A stretch of 59,706 nt of DNA from a virus (IMGVR_UViG_3300042905_003262:1-59706), one strand, 5' to 3'; shown: positions 44,601 to 51,375, counted from the stretch's first letter. Notes: a model not told the origin generated them from the sequence alone. Made by a program: numbers and translations.

Positions 44601-46079
44601 CATGGAGGAAACGCCTCCAAGTTTGTCATATTCGGGATCGGTGGACTTGTCCGCTACCCAATCACGCATGGTCGCCGTGCCGAAGTCGCCAGCGCCGAAC
44701 TGATTCCAGAGCTTTTCCAGATTGTCAGACTTTGCTTTCTGCGTCGTTTCGATTTTGGCGTTCAGCCCGTCCAGCTTGCCGGTGATGTCCTGTTCCAGCG
44801 CCGTGAACGCGGCCTTGGCTTCGGGCGCATCTTCGCGGCCTGCATACTTGGTCCGAATCGCATCGGCCCGCTTATCGCTGTCGTCGAGGATGGCCTGATA
44901 TTCCTTGCCCATGCCGGGCGCGACCTTCTCAAAGTCCTGATAGGCGGCTTCACGGGCTGCGGCTTGCTCGGCTTTCGCCTGCTCGTTGGCGGCCTTAGCT
45001 TGGGCGTTTATGGCCGTTGCGCTCTCGTTGAGCACCTTGGCCTGCTCCTGGATGCGCTGCTGTTTGGCCTGCCATTCGGGGCTGCGACTCTGCATCGCTT
45101 GGTTGAGCGCATTGATTTGCGGAATCACGTCCTTATGCCATTTTCCATCTGTACTCACGTCGGCGGCGCTGTGCGGAAGGCTCATCAACCGCTCGTTCTC
45201 GGCCTCCAGTGCGTCAAATTTGGCCTGCTGTTGGGCCTGCTCGGCGTTGAACTGCTGAACTTCCTGCTCGTGCTGTGCGGCGCTTTGCTCGAACTCCACC
45301 GGATCAGCAATCAGCGGCTCCGGCGAGGGCGTTGGAGCTTCACCGCGCTTGATAGCGGCTTCGCGCTTCCGCAGGAGGGCCTCGCGCTCATCTTGGGCGG
45401 TGTCGAACTTGAGGGATTCCTTCTGCTTCTCAAACTTCGCGGTGTCGAGGTCAGCGAGGCGCTTCTTGACGTTTTCGATGGTGCCAACGGTGGCTTGCCG
45501 CTGCTCGGGAGTAAGGTCCAACTCCAAATCGTCGGCGGCTTTGAGGCGCTTCTCGTATTCCTCTTGAATGCCTTTGAGTTTACGGCGCTTTTCCTCGCGC
45601 TCCAACTCCTCGCGCTGTTGATTGCGCTGGATGCTCTTTTCGTTCTCGCGCAAAACGGCCTCATCGGCAGTCACCTTGTCGAGTTCAGTCTTTTGCCGCG
45701 CTTCCTCCTTCTTTTTAGCCTCCGCTTCTTGGAGTTTGCGTCCCTTCTCGGCTTTCGCGGCTGCAAATTCCTCGTCGGACTGGAGCGGCCTTGGCTCGCC
45801 GGTCACGCGGTCGAGGTGGTAGCGGCGACCTTGTGCCAATAGCTCATTGGTTCGCTGGGCATTTGCCAGCTTGCGCTCATCATCGGCCTGTTTGGCGGCA
45901 TCCTCAATAGCTTTTTGCTCGGCATCCGCTGCGGCCTTGTTGGCGCGGGCTTGCTGCTCGTAGGCGTCACGCTCAATCCTGGCTAGCTGCGTTGCTCGGC
46001 TCGTGGATTGTCCGGCATTGGCACCGTAGAGGCGGCGGCGGGCTTCGGAGAGAGCGGAGGGCGAAAACGTGACGGGCAT
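29667..46079 (-). CDS. giant (5470 aa) polyvalent internal virion/ejection-type protein
   Basis: N-terminal coiled coil, HELIH zincin motif, beta-clamp-like domain, EEIQSD domain, and C-terminal INGILSGPQTHVVN...PFVRTPTNI region typical of podoviral internal virion proteins. Confidence 0.8.
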   Translation of the reverse strand: MPVTFSPSALSEARRRLYGANAGQSTSRATQLARIERDAYEQQARANKAAADAEQKAIEDAAKQADDERKLANAQRTNELLAQGRRYHLDRVTGEPRPLQSDEEFAAAKAEKGRKLQEAEAKKKEEARQKTELDKVTADEAVLRENEKSIQRNQQREELEREEKRRKLKGIQEEYEKRLKAADDLELDLTPEQRQATVGTIENVKKRLADLDTAKFEKQKESLKFDTAQDEREALLRKREAAIKRGEAPTPSPEPLIADPVEFEQSAAQHEQEVQQFNAEQAQQQAKFDALEAENERLMSLPHSAADVSTDGKWHKDVIPQINALNQAMQSRSPEWQAKQQRIQEQAKVLNESATAINAQAKAANEQAKAEQAAAREAAYQDFEKVAPGMGKEYQAILDDSDKRADAIRTKYAGREDAPEAKAAFTALEQDITGKLDGLNAKIETTQKAKSDNLEKLWNQFGAGDFGTATMRDWVADKSTDPEYDKLGGVSSMPANFKAKVKEMGLDEKEARNYMETRRQLDWSSPLDPEKAEKSAELTRPLREKLGITDMLEPVRRLPNGAIIPNPVLGGDEEAFKKVIEAADGTPEQKAEAMKLWPSYRRQYGEGLLTAFAKQSAFGTDFNEWRDHLIEEDQKVGGKNGFAAMDAVDQALMYQEQMKGRSFFRRWADLIASNVTAGFMDVTQAVLGTTAALTGNIPVAGEGWSKLAAANAENAASLVNTQEQLSNTGLAGSIAGTIARMAPGVAATVATGSMAGGMIFGGAQTAGSLYGEAYNTLRNEGKSHMEAWKASAPASLAAGAMTAGLTKLFPGGVTALANNPEARASVRAMVAGFMSSGKAITKGALDEIPEEVIDEAMSQLAQGYAEGRNPDDVVRDFITGLPELVVASGLMGGGMQALKDRMDRRAGGLPPDIAPEAPEAPEATNPYAGPLPEERAAVQAAIAAFNPTAPESIQAMPAVIRTVPKGQESGINAKARAAMDAVAGIASGEITDSASLTETQMRALGVKLDKNRKLVPAGGANSPAPLIYTRTNKAGVDQIIITDEARDWLKGALPDLTIGQSEAERIQAINRPKPKPKPKQEMSGTRLRKLAQNRQNELTWKRDGKAGDAKTIATISRQLSKDEEAELEFLDKHLADNNTQAIADKYGVKLKSATTIISEPEAAATPAATPADPSEIHRKRNAERKSYIVRDADGDIDRQATKEKREAAAKAAGMTRDAWEDMQAALNVKANEDFFKALNKGDTVEWVDGNGNARTGRVEIQLDGSKVVRDTTEGNVAQDYLYTNLSGEFSMHADSLKVTPKQAKQPAPAPETAPKVQSGPSASEGAVEGASPDRQAKVAPTPGAAKAVATRPALGKAPPLQRKAIGKGAGGQASYAEFATVDDADAFAYAAKIKKSQTDKGSMADAEAAKDIITRLAAKMKIGPGVLRTILVNYNEAVRTQAKAVREGESFYAPTLAEFMQASQPQTATKADIPAAETAPTVGETAPAEVDTEAPKGRELIGQAHARMAAIVQAASAGDKPKATAAAKAIIDGLRRYNGHLPIVLTDDPAFDFAWGRREQALIINPETALARFVGDSTDADNAAAQARQFFRHELIHKFVVEQLGDARVKDIWGQLPEDVQKKIEKAYSVRRVARDLEPKPLNPDHGGHEYYRAMLEAMKDGTMTEQVIGKDLADKWRKFLDDVLALLRDLRKQFASIKSESARNDLIAQVDQDIKLVSDALDAFEKSISPDAEPAQTQNAGAVSTSGKPVEGSSTTVANPVSINTEKESSGNDEAGWTVGDAATDANGNQFIVISPPNSQGFMQVMTEGGSTMPTNAKTMTKGEATVEAQEKALAQMVADHNARAAKYFFKNGKPRAGTPPEMTESMQAAGKRLEAWQKRLAFLKTPAVWRGKTRNGTPMLVLYRTGGGNFDVQIGPDKTSMEPAQVAKVSGMTMAEVNALPNDSTPPKKRERTDLDSPTVKIGDIIMDSQGSMGPVISFEGETPVMGMEGENEGDVEPQAAVGGWKLESPAPEVAKPTAEAPKAQEMDEGDAALGEAFAGLFASPTVKPLAQSDLPKDRRDAMMKAASTLIDLGLRKPEELAQRLDKLAPNGALRQYTRAFWRLMSGFDSTLEENPHWPTIYGELDQVSSRPPSAEGVTESSPEQGAAPAFANEQDEGKSTELSRAIKRGATEAYRDAKFVIVEKTGIRGSPIFHAYDTPSGAELVGGMPFETLQRAIEFLGANQPPTGIISDEESARLDALTVNNKDRLDKLSANQLSQLNKELLRQPSSAKIDAILVTEHPDDIKAALDVVTKSKAKADTPATAEANIPVTEEMVSKWFRAYYGGNAPVTKVLPGLFKIGDSLYGLYSISKLTDQQVLNGVPFGDSQMLVKEEDEEVSTEDANAAARKRLNAAYEENFAKLRAKIVALMDGYGKTWTLRKDRLVKPGFNTRWTIDERDMMHTAFTDAGLKPSRMNQKGERLQSELTIMDSDALRMLQTVIFESESQARESSQASKEADKLASDRSLIANADSKAVAWINEIFGDEFANAYNTAKLADFISGKTAKFEGGMSPKWQQGLTKLGAMNPENGNVDFAKIKAAFTESETTREVSNDTEPAAAETKSEPYASPLAQFVGEWLGMNASQQSRVDMPQRVIRLAVNQADTEAVMQLVQDVGAKTADGQLIFNTPHQKIYNELREALRYTLRKGMGTEKDKVSTQLAALPDLTPPQAAAVAKEEAMPEPVKEKKPADTKALRAMKTYLLEKLDDAIAAAPDEAKLGDVRKDLVELMGLSDKSTTPNVGIAMAKLREKYNLDPKAKKVDIEAAVRASVPSESKVVIEIPGDGTFTLWNDKKTLQNFAKIAKSFPTTTPSADAPTLNPIRQSGIPTLKSGKLGKADVVKVAGMFASTDETRQTIMQVADFGDVLVATNGKMLFTIPFEGFGKADDPMLFNTKGNKLGLQSENEKLGKFPPGWKAVVPADIPVIHKGIDTGRLWQILKQASSLARDVNFKAARGKGEDVTPYVAISINQDGSLGVKSQVLNNQNLETYEHNIQEGGEAVGSFDAELVMDALAGFRALGHEKVAIKSGTERGEGPIMLTSPDAEVVIMRVKAQVVEPTMPERDTKVETVPPIAAEDTPQAASLKTQADTTLAGKTPQELLAMAAPYERKGPDYNRNIAASASRMRRALEMDAKFWQLNADELAVRLEKWASPAPESPEMAAEPETEIIPPTSAQTTMMETLEAAVAKERAKTGDFNRAVYFHRLNGDPSVYVEKRNSTNQAADRESLALAKMDTEGKTAIMPRDEGRQVMAKIVEETASRDAAENARSKAAADKYRQSEYARTYRTSPSGIIVTRNSDGEWIERGTDRKLGRKKGDDSILSTLSGPNLALFEVVMEKSGGGIYWRGVNEAAEPESREEKPSDVQQEFMDSIKKDFTEFSATFRTSTGNVFDVIATKRTTNSQLTNRLAGMFSKLGKSDEVTEQARSFVDEWNRWHSITGNVSGREVMVRNAKDLAKSLPSAESRKVAPIQATPAAPKVSIPDLHAAFVTAKRQQGDTPRVSAVYAAAKSKNPDLTRQEFMQAVQSGVYAPLVTIQDGKMTLAPITDAEIMDAAENATETPETILEEWAATKEPLQSSPGGLSEAEVPIYENPKFLAAQEAEDTKEQNRIAAGYFRNFLDRVKSRGWQRGDTYHSAFSRAKIIKTGRSRISNSTYFTVLAEPTEQGPNAEVWADREGLSWDRDEDTGKLTVTFDVRVSDHEATDSAATHADIEFDVEKINSGDVSWLDLSDTFFPELNELVEEKYFGNPESSRADGVEEPLQASPTVRNEPFYSKLAQVIEQKMPNRADVATIKGLITNPQTGIKAEELKWSGILPWIEAQASPITKQAVLEYLATDGAVRLEEVRMGGKLGNRYDPELVRQINEVTRQMRIYREDAANVYGEDRSKWPTEVRNGPEITRLKNEHERLIRMRDDKAEVTDTKFSQYQLSGGENYREVVLAMPIARRGMSDAAAAYYETFVRRGGEPKWADLSEAQRLQIITETPAEAYNEPPEYTSSHFPDVPNYVAHMRVNDRTDAEGQAGTFIEEIQSDRHQAGRKKGYQGEVDYNDTFEIKYEPSNNQFIGDWVVIRKSTGKPISTQNTENEAIEYAKDWASKLDNIANARIPDAPFRTTWPLQMFKRALADAVAAGKQWIGWTTGETQAERFDLSKQVDSLNIRKQQDGLWSVIGIKGGSETVSQAGLSDSKLADTVGKELAEKAIADMPGMGYRVYSGDELKVGGQGMKGFYDTILPKEIGKYVKQWGAGVVNGEIEDLESLKKYVSSYSAWLEYVDPDALTSRDEFYAMSEADKLAAIPRDGDFKTTPIWRVDITPQMRTSVDAGQALFATPTVKEGDTGKKPRRNVANQASNLPGARDAWDKLSQTYEDKELETASYQKIEAAVDEVIAEQAGFDRLYNQIVGKMREGIVLSLEEDIARRMIARVLWIDGNDNPASRTKAKLLFMADMREASETARKLGSRVDKVETPQQRLDNAMRNILSPSSKTVRERLVNVWSGAEKLAAIKELKRRLASTQDTLQRERAQRELEKAQARKDQNEVMEELAREDDAKVDAILKRNGLTQTDLFLSVDDRFAMQEAILGLARVHLSQQSAAHKKAIEMSVRGYSDNAIAKETGLSVAEVSNTAEHFRNVVAKQAVSKEVGKGNTFSKFIQWGKRIISEMDDALRATPSGKRRNLAEDLANTRAKKRNASAQEVAEAVQSILNTAIPTKSQRNSNWLHEATWTYGKKTQKVFVPYNAADWKQVYRVARELSTREATKLDKAYEYWINGILSGPQTHVVNTASNLLSTAWAYGPQWFAEATTNVAIRNPNAPQFGEFRHVWAGFYKGIMPALRNFALAWDTEADPVEHQYLDKPVTVMFQGGNLDKVGGIRPSFGGTLGRIVRVPGRFLVAQDAFAKTLIMHAESAAMAYRLGKKQGLAGAALTNFMASQIATHGSESWQHAFEKATELTFQDENDITKAVEGVTNALKRAKFVGGLMRYLLPFVRTPTNIYRAGIRKAGGSAGMLLYRLGKSGYYAIKGNNNEFRSYREGAMVKDVSESVMATALWFIVMGMSEGDDDDNQKAIEITGSRPFGVANAGERASQLRQEGGSNLIIIRKNPLTGEKLDKPIQFAYGRYEPIALALSTLVDGAREFKEWTRFQPENRTTDKLAGSMMRHVLAQAKEKTFLQGISGIMQFYEDAGSKNFSAKELLMKNLMNGAIPNLIRQPYRLSQDEIADAKKAESELSRSLGIGQPKVNEAGQPVQRGGNAVTRVLFPVASKASTELFDAALKKWNATNPDQQWNPDPLTKADLYVYGPKVDGKMQQVPLKDPAKITKFEQEIGQKFSDYAGRKLMAAGWRPGKPVTPQMIDAIKEVRTNAIKSVRGSMGREERFGTTTPAAAPSTPSARPSPAPSMPVPSTPPRPVPMKDDAAERAKARLIEARKRLNYGGK

Positions 46080-46185
46080 GGTGGTAATGCTGGCTGAAAG
46101 GGATCGTGATCCATCGCAGCGGCCTTGGCCTGCCTCGCTGGTTGTGTGACTAGACGCTCACACGGGCGGTTGAAAGAATTGCGAC

Positions 46186-47259
46186 TTAAGAACCAAAAAA
46201 GCGCGAGGCTTTACTGGCTAGGCCGGTTGGGTTTTTGCGAGCTTGCGACATGATCTTAGAACGCGCATACCCCAATCCTTCGCCTATTTTGCGACCTGCC
46301 CACAAGACTGGCTTGGCTATCGGGTCTTCTTCTAGCGTTTTCGGCTTTGCTCCCGGTGGATTCATGCGGGCAGACAAACCTTGAGGATTTTTGATTGCTT
46401 GAGCTTGCGCGGCAGACATTCGAGACTCGACGGGCTTTTGCGGCATTGGCGCAGTAGATTTTTGCTCGGCTTTAGGAGCAGTTGATGCCACTGCTGATGG
46501 TTTTGACGGTGCAAAACGGCGGTAAAACTCCGAACTAAAGCCGCTAGATGCAGGTTTTGGCTCTGCTTTTTTGGCTACTGGAGCCTGCTTCGTTGCTTTG
46601 TCCGCAACGGCTTGAGCGTTTGCTTTTTTTGCTTTCGCCCATGCGCGATCATCATCGGTAATCATTGATCCTGGAGCCTTGCTTGGCGCAGGCGATGGCT
46701 GCATGGCAGGCTCTTGACGCGGTTGCGGCGGCTTTGCTTCGTTGGCTTTTTCGGCCTCATAGCGAGCGCGAGCTTTTGCCCGGTCGGCCTTAGCAGCATC
46801 GGCGGCACTCATTGGAGCAGGAGGCTTGCCAGTGCCAAACGCGGCAACACCTGCGGCGTTTTTGGCTGACATATCCATTGTCCTGCGGGCCTGCTTGCGA
46901 GCTTGAGCTTTAGCGCGGTCCATAGCGTCCAGCTCTGCGCCGGATGCCCATTTGCTGCCACCTCCTGCGGTTGGGACGAGTTGGCCTTGGCGTTTTGGCG
47001 CGGATGGCTGCGATTGACTCGCTCCACCTCCCGCTGCGGCCATACCGCGTGCGGCTGCGGATTCCTGCTCGGCACGATCTTGGCGAATTGCCTCTTTTTC
47101 AGCCTCTTCGCGCATGTTGTAACGACGCTCCGAGAGTGGACCCTGCGAAGGTCCGCCCATGTAACGCCGGGCTTTCACGCCGCCGATCTTGCTTCCGCGA
47201 AACGGCTCTCCGAATGCGTTGAGGCGCTGGTATTGCTGGAGTTGGCGTGGCTGTGGCAT
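46186..47259 (-). CDS. basic low-complexity protein (probable internal virion protein)
   Basis: Ala/Lys/Pro-rich; lies between TerL and the giant protein. Confidence 0.6.
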   Translation of the reverse strand: MPQPRQLQQYQRLNAFGEPFRGSKIGGVKARRYMGGPSQGPLSERRYNMREEAEKEAIRQDRAEQESAAARGMAAAGGGASQSQPSAPKRQGQLVPTAGGGSKWASGAELDAMDRAKAQARKQARRTMDMSAKNAAGVAAFGTGKPPAPMSAADAAKADRAKARARYEAEKANEAKPPQPRQEPAMQPSPAPSKAPGSMITDDDRAWAKAKKANAQAVADKATKQAPVAKKAEPKPASSGFSSEFYRRFAPSKPSAVASTAPKAEQKSTAPMPQKPVESRMSAAQAQAIKNPQGLSARMNPPGAKPKTLEEDPIAKPVLWAGRKIGEGLGYARSKIMSQARKNPTGLASKASRFFGS

Positions 47260-47264
47260 GGTGA

Positions 47265-47729
47265 TTAGAGGTAGAGGACACCGTTACGGAAACCAATCTC
47301 GCGGTTGGCAAAGGAGGCATTGGCCGCCTTCGCTTCCATCTCCTGCTTTTTGGCCTCGTCGGCATCGAAGGCGGTGTAGGCAGCCTTTTTGCGGGCTTCG
47401 ACTCGCGCTTTGGAGTTCGCGGCATCCAGACCGCTTCCACCGGGCGAAAACAGGCCACGGCGACGATAACGACCACCACCTGCTCGCGTTCCTTCGCGGT
47501 TCAGCATCGCGTTTTGGTTCTGGCGCATGGCTGTAGCCTCGTTGCGCCGGGCAAGCTCATCTTGGGCGGAGGCGTCGATGCTGGCATCAATCGCGGCCAG
47601 TGACGTTTTCCGGCGCGTGTCAGCCATTGCAGCGGACCCGGCCTGCCATTGGGCTAGCCGCGTGTCGTTGTAGGGCTGAAACGAGGCCGGTTGATAGGCG
47701 GGCATGGCGTATTGACCTTGGATGGGCAT
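47265..47729 (-). CDS. hypothetical (probable internal virion) protein
   Basis: Ala-rich helical ORF. Confidence 0.6.
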   Translation of the reverse strand: MPIQGQYAMPAYQPASFQPYNDTRLAQWQAGSAAMADTRRKTSLAAIDASIDASAQDELARRNEATAMRQNQNAMLNREGTRAGGGRYRRRGLFSPGGSGLDAANSKARVEARKKAAYTAFDADEAKKQEMEAKAANASFANREIGFRNGVLYL

Positions 47730-47759
47730 AAAAAGCAGCGGTGAAGGTTTGAGCAGTGT

Positions 47760-49586
47760 TCAGGACAACATGCTTCTACCGCTCCCGTTGTCAAACATCC
47801 CGCGTGAACCGCCCGCGAAAAAGTCGTTTACGCCGGAAACGCCGTCTTGGCGGATCACAACCGGCGTGTTTCGCGTCATCCGGGTAGCGGCTGGCATGCA
47901 CAAGAGGGCTATAACGCTCATCATCACCCAGTCATCGTGATACCCGCCAGCGGCCTCTTTTCGGCCTGATGCGAGCGTGATGAAATTGGCGTATTCCTCA
48001 ACCAATCGCGGACACGGGGCTTCAAATTCCTGCTCACGCACATACATCTGAGCGTTGGAAATCATCTGCTCACGGGTTCGCTCGTTGGTCAGGAATCCAC
48101 GTTTGCGGACCTGCTTACCCTCACCCACCCGGCGCTCTTCCATGCTCTGCTCGCGCTGAAACACGTTCTGGACGCCCTTGGTTTCCAGTAGGGCGATGAT
48201 CCCGAAGGCGCTGTTGACCTCCGGCACGACGAGACATTCGCCGTACCAGCGGTAAAGCTCGCCGATCCAGTCAGCGAGGATGTCGATATTGACGCGGCAC
48301 TCGGGGCGGATGGCGCAGACCATCTTAGCCCTGTGGTGCCGCCCGTTTTCGTCCACAAATGGAGCACGCCAGACCGCTACGGCGTGGCAGTCCTGCTCTT
48401 TCTTGCCTGCGGACTGCTCACCCTCCATGAAGTCGGCGGCGATGAGGTAGCTTCTGCCCACCATCGGGCGCTCCCAAAGCCTGAACGTGGCCTCGGTGAT
48501 ACTGGTTTCTGTCCAAATGCCATTTTGGAAGCGCCCCGTTGTCGGCAGATCGTTCTCACTCTGCCGTTTCAGGGCCTCCACGCCGTCAGGGTCGAACACC
48601 TGGACGCCGGACGAAACGAAAGCGATGTCCATGTCAGAGGGGTATTCTTGATCGAATTTGTCTTCATCGCCGCTGAAATTCGGCTCGATGAGCTTCCGTC
48701 GCCTCCACGCCAACCGTCCCGGCGTGATCTTGACTGGTCCATACTTCTCAATCAGCCGCGTTTCCCGTTCTGTCAGGCTGTCGAGAATCATTCCGGCCTC
48801 GCGTTGAGTGATGCGCTTGGTGTCGTCGTAATCGGCGTTCTCAAACCACGCCGCAAAGCACTTGATGTAACCGTTTCCGCGTAACCCGCTCACCCATTGC
48901 GCCAGTGTGACAGCCTTCTGGTAGGTCTTGTAATACACGCCCTGCTTCCCGTTCGCGGTGGATTCAAGAGCGATCCACGTTCCCGGAAGGTCCGGCACCG
49001 AGTTGGCGATGGACTGGAATACCGCCTCGCCTGTGCTTTGCCCCTTGCTCTTGTAGTGCGCCGTTTCCGACGAGATGAGCACCTGCGGCGTTCCGCCCTG
49101 GCCTGCGCGGGGATCGTTCGCTGTTTCCTCCCAAAGCTGTGTTCCGTGACCGAATTTTCGCGGGAAGCCGTCGCACGAGACTTTATTCCCCCACCTGTGA
49201 TCCCCAAACTTATCCTCTTTGTGGGCAATTTCCCACATGTTCAGGAGGCGCGGCGTTGTCTTGAGGTCATCCCCGATGATGGCGACCTCGATAGGGTAGT
49301 TTCGGCCCATCCAGTAGGCCCGGTTCATGTGGTAGCGGCTGGAGCCATCCTGCCGGACCTTCACGGCCAGCGTTCGCATCGGCACCTTGTCGGCCTGCTG
49401 CTGCTCCAGCGCGGTTTCGAGCCTGTCCTGGAGCGGCGTCATCACCGGGAAATCGAGGTTTCCGTCCTCGCCGAAAGCGTTTTTCAGGGGGATTCGGCAG
49501 CATCCTTGCCACCAGTAGCGAAACGAATGCCTTCCAGCCGCGATGTGAATGCGCTCGACTTCCTCTTGCTGTGCTTTGTCGCTCAT
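47760..49586 (-). CDS. terL: terminase large subunit
   Basis: KVRQDGSS Walker-A variant, ISSETAH Walker B, ESTANG, QEYP, AADFMEG and HDDWVM nuclease motifs. Confidence 0.93.
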   Translation of the reverse strand: MSDKAQQEEVERIHIAAGRHSFRYWWQGCCRIPLKNAFGEDGNLDFPVMTPLQDRLETALEQQQADKVPMRTLAVKVRQDGSSRYHMNRAYWMGRNYPIEVAIIGDDLKTTPRLLNMWEIAHKEDKFGDHRWGNKVSCDGFPRKFGHGTQLWEETANDPRAGQGGTPQVLISSETAHYKSKGQSTGEAVFQSIANSVPDLPGTWIALESTANGKQGVYYKTYQKAVTLAQWVSGLRGNGYIKCFAAWFENADYDDTKRITQREAGMILDSLTERETRLIEKYGPVKITPGRLAWRRRKLIEPNFSGDEDKFDQEYPSDMDIAFVSSGVQVFDPDGVEALKRQSENDLPTTGRFQNGIWTETSITEATFRLWERPMVGRSYLIAADFMEGEQSAGKKEQDCHAVAVWRAPFVDENGRHHRAKMVCAIRPECRVNIDILADWIGELYRWYGECLVVPEVNSAFGIIALLETKGVQNVFQREQSMEERRVGEGKQVRKRGFLTNERTREQMISNAQMYVREQEFEAPCPRLVEEYANFITLASGRKEAAGGYHDDWVMMSVIALLCMPAATRMTRNTPVVIRQDGVSGVNDFFAGGSRGMFDNGSGRSMLS

Positions 49587-50047
49587 GCGGTCGTGACGCC
49601 TGCTAGTTTTAGGATGCTCGCGAGGTCCACACCCTTACCAAGTAGCCGCTCCATGGCCTTCTTGGGCGGTTCATAGCCCACCATGACGTTGACCTCTTCC
49701 GGCGCATACCACGCGGAGGCTTTGCCCACCTTGTCGAGAGCGTTCTGAGCGGCTGAAAAGTCCTCCGCATTCTCGGCTTTGTCAGCGATTGTCACAAGGC
49801 GGTTAAGCCATTTCTCCTTCGTGAGGTCGAATTTCTTGTCCGCCGCTGCCGCTACCTTGCCCCGCAATTCTTCAATCCTTGCCTTTACCTTGCTATCTCC
49901 GGCAAGTTTGGACGCCTTTGGATCAATCGACAACGCGGACCCGTTTGGGTCCTTGGCAACATGAGCACGATACGCCTGGGCAGCGGGCACGTTGAGGGCC
50001 ACGTCCTGCGCAAATGCTTCATATTTCGGGTTCTCCAATGCTGGCAT
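49583..50047 (-). CDS. terS: terminase small subunit
   Basis: LENPKYEAFAQ...A.QAY...ASKL....VKARIEEL HTH pattern; ATGA coupled to terL. Confidence 0.85.
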   Translation of the reverse strand: MPALENPKYEAFAQDVALNVPAAQAYRAHVAKDPNGSALSIDPKASKLAGDSKVKARIEELRGKVAAAADKKFDLTKEKWLNRLVTIADKAENAEDFSAAQNALDKVGKASAWYAPEEVNVMVGYEPPKKAMERLLGKGVDLASILKLAGVTTA

Positions 50048-50190
50048 TCGGCACTGTTCATCCGAGCCAGAAAGAGGCAAGCGGGAATTACTATGATACT
50101 TTTGAGGCGTGTTTTCTGGTCAAACGCCGCGTTTTTGGTGCCTCACTGATCTTTTTGTGACCAATTCCGCCTATTTCCTCAAAATTCAAT

Positions 50191-50218
50191 TTGCACGATA
50201 CGGGCTTGCTTGTATGCT
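50191..50218 (+). promoter_or_regulatory. sigma70-like promoter of the early/accessory island
   Basis: TTGCAC-N16-TATGCT followed by a GTGCTC/GAGCGC hairpin. Confidence 0.6.
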
Positions 50219-50267
50219 GTCCGTGCTCACCACGAGCGCAACATCAACAAACTAACGACCTAACACC

Positions 50268-50660
50268 ATGGGAGACAGAGCTAACATCAAACTCAAGATC
50301 GAGTCCGACAAACCCGCCCTTTACATCTACTCGCACTGGAGCGGTAGTGAGCTGCCTACACTGCTGCAATCCGCCCTCAAGGCGGCTATGCCACGCAAAG
50401 GCGACTGGAGTTACTTCACCCGCATCCTTGTGGATCAAGTGACCGCTGGCGGACGCGATGAGGAAACCGGCTGGGGGCTTGGATTCTCGCCGGATGACAA
50501 CGAGCACAACCTGCTTGTCGTCGATTACACGGCGGGAACCGTCACGGCGTGCGCCTTCGATGACGATTCCGACGAGCATGAGGGCGCGGTTATCGCCACC
50601 GTGACGTTTGAGGAGTTCGTGGCGCTGCCTGACCCGAACGGCTGGCGCGATCCGCAGTAA
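50268..50660 (+). CDS. hypothetical phage protein
   Basis: MGDRAN...LYIYSHWSG...D.SY..RI...E.G.G motif family; AACGACC leader. Confidence 0.8.
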   Translation: MGDRANIKLKIESDKPALYIYSHWSGSELPTLLQSALKAAMPRKGDWSYFTRILVDQVTAGGRDEETGWGLGFSPDDNEHNLLVVDYTAGTVTACAFDDDSDEHEGAVIATVTFEEFVALPDPNGWRDPQ

Positions 50661-50717
50661 CCACCCCACGGGGGCCGCGCATCCTACACGCGGGCAACAT
50701 CTCACCAACGACCACCT

Positions 50718-51200
50718 ATGCAACTTCCTAACGCCTTCCACAGCCTGCCTCGCGAGTTTACTCTGAGGGCCATTAAGTCTGACTATTCATTGAGTGCCCG
50801 TGACATCACGTTCGAGGTGAATGCCTCATACTATGTAAATGGTGAGGCGAATAAAAGCGGGCGCACGGTGCTAACCGGCTGGGGTAAAAGCGCCTCCATC
50901 CGCTTCCTGTTCTGCATTCGTAATCCTCTAAATGAGAGGATAGCGCAAGACACGCTGAAAGCTGCTTTGCGTGCATTGAGCGCTACGATTCGTTGGAGGT
51001 CTGAGATTATCCCCGATTACATGAGTGACCTCATCATCGGTATTCCGCTGGGGTTCGTTGCGGGTAAAGTGACGCAGACCGACAAGCGCAAAGTCAAAAG
51101 CGGGGCGATCTTGCATGACTCAATCAGCGACCTTCGGGACGCTCTTAATACTCGAATAAAAGAGGTCGAAGCATTCCTAGTGGCACCGATAAGCCAATAA
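50718..51200 (+). CDS. hypothetical protein
   Basis: ORF with AACGACC leader and lower GC. Confidence 0.65.
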   Translation: MQLPNAFHSLPREFTLRAIKSDYSLSARDITFEVNASYYVNGEANKSGRTVLTGWGKSASIRFLFCIRNPLNERIAQDTLKAALRALSATIRWRSEIIPDYMSDLIIGIPLGFVAGKVTQTDKRKVKSGAILHDSISDLRDALNTRIKEVEAFLVAPISQ

Positions 51201-51216
51201 CTACACCTTTAACATC

Positions 51217-51363
51217 ATGCCCCGCTACTCCGTCACCTACTCAATCGGTGCCCGCTCCTACTGGTTCACGATCCCGGCTCCCAACGCTGCCCACATCTGG
51301 CGCGGCTGGGACCGGCCCGGCTCGAAGTTGCTCCAAGTCGAAGAAATCCCCGTAAACGCCTAA
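51217..51363 (+). CDS. small hypothetical protein (48 aa)
   Basis: Read by hand: MPRYSVTYSIGARSYWFTIPAPNAAHIW... Confidence 0.55.
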   Translation: MPRYSVTYSIGARSYWFTIPAPNAAHIWRGWDRPGSKLLQVEEIPVNA

Positions 51364-51375
51364 CCTCACACGACC

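Noticed and set aside
30503-45842. Long antisense/alternative-frame ORFs within the giant gene (e.g. 44235-45842, 40863-42089, 42804-43931)
   Set aside because: Typical shadow ORFs of GC-rich, codon-biased genes; no motifs.
46080-46185. Structured leader of the giant gene
   Set aside because: Only 4-6 bp hairpins in GC-rich sequence; not distinguishable from chance without homologues.
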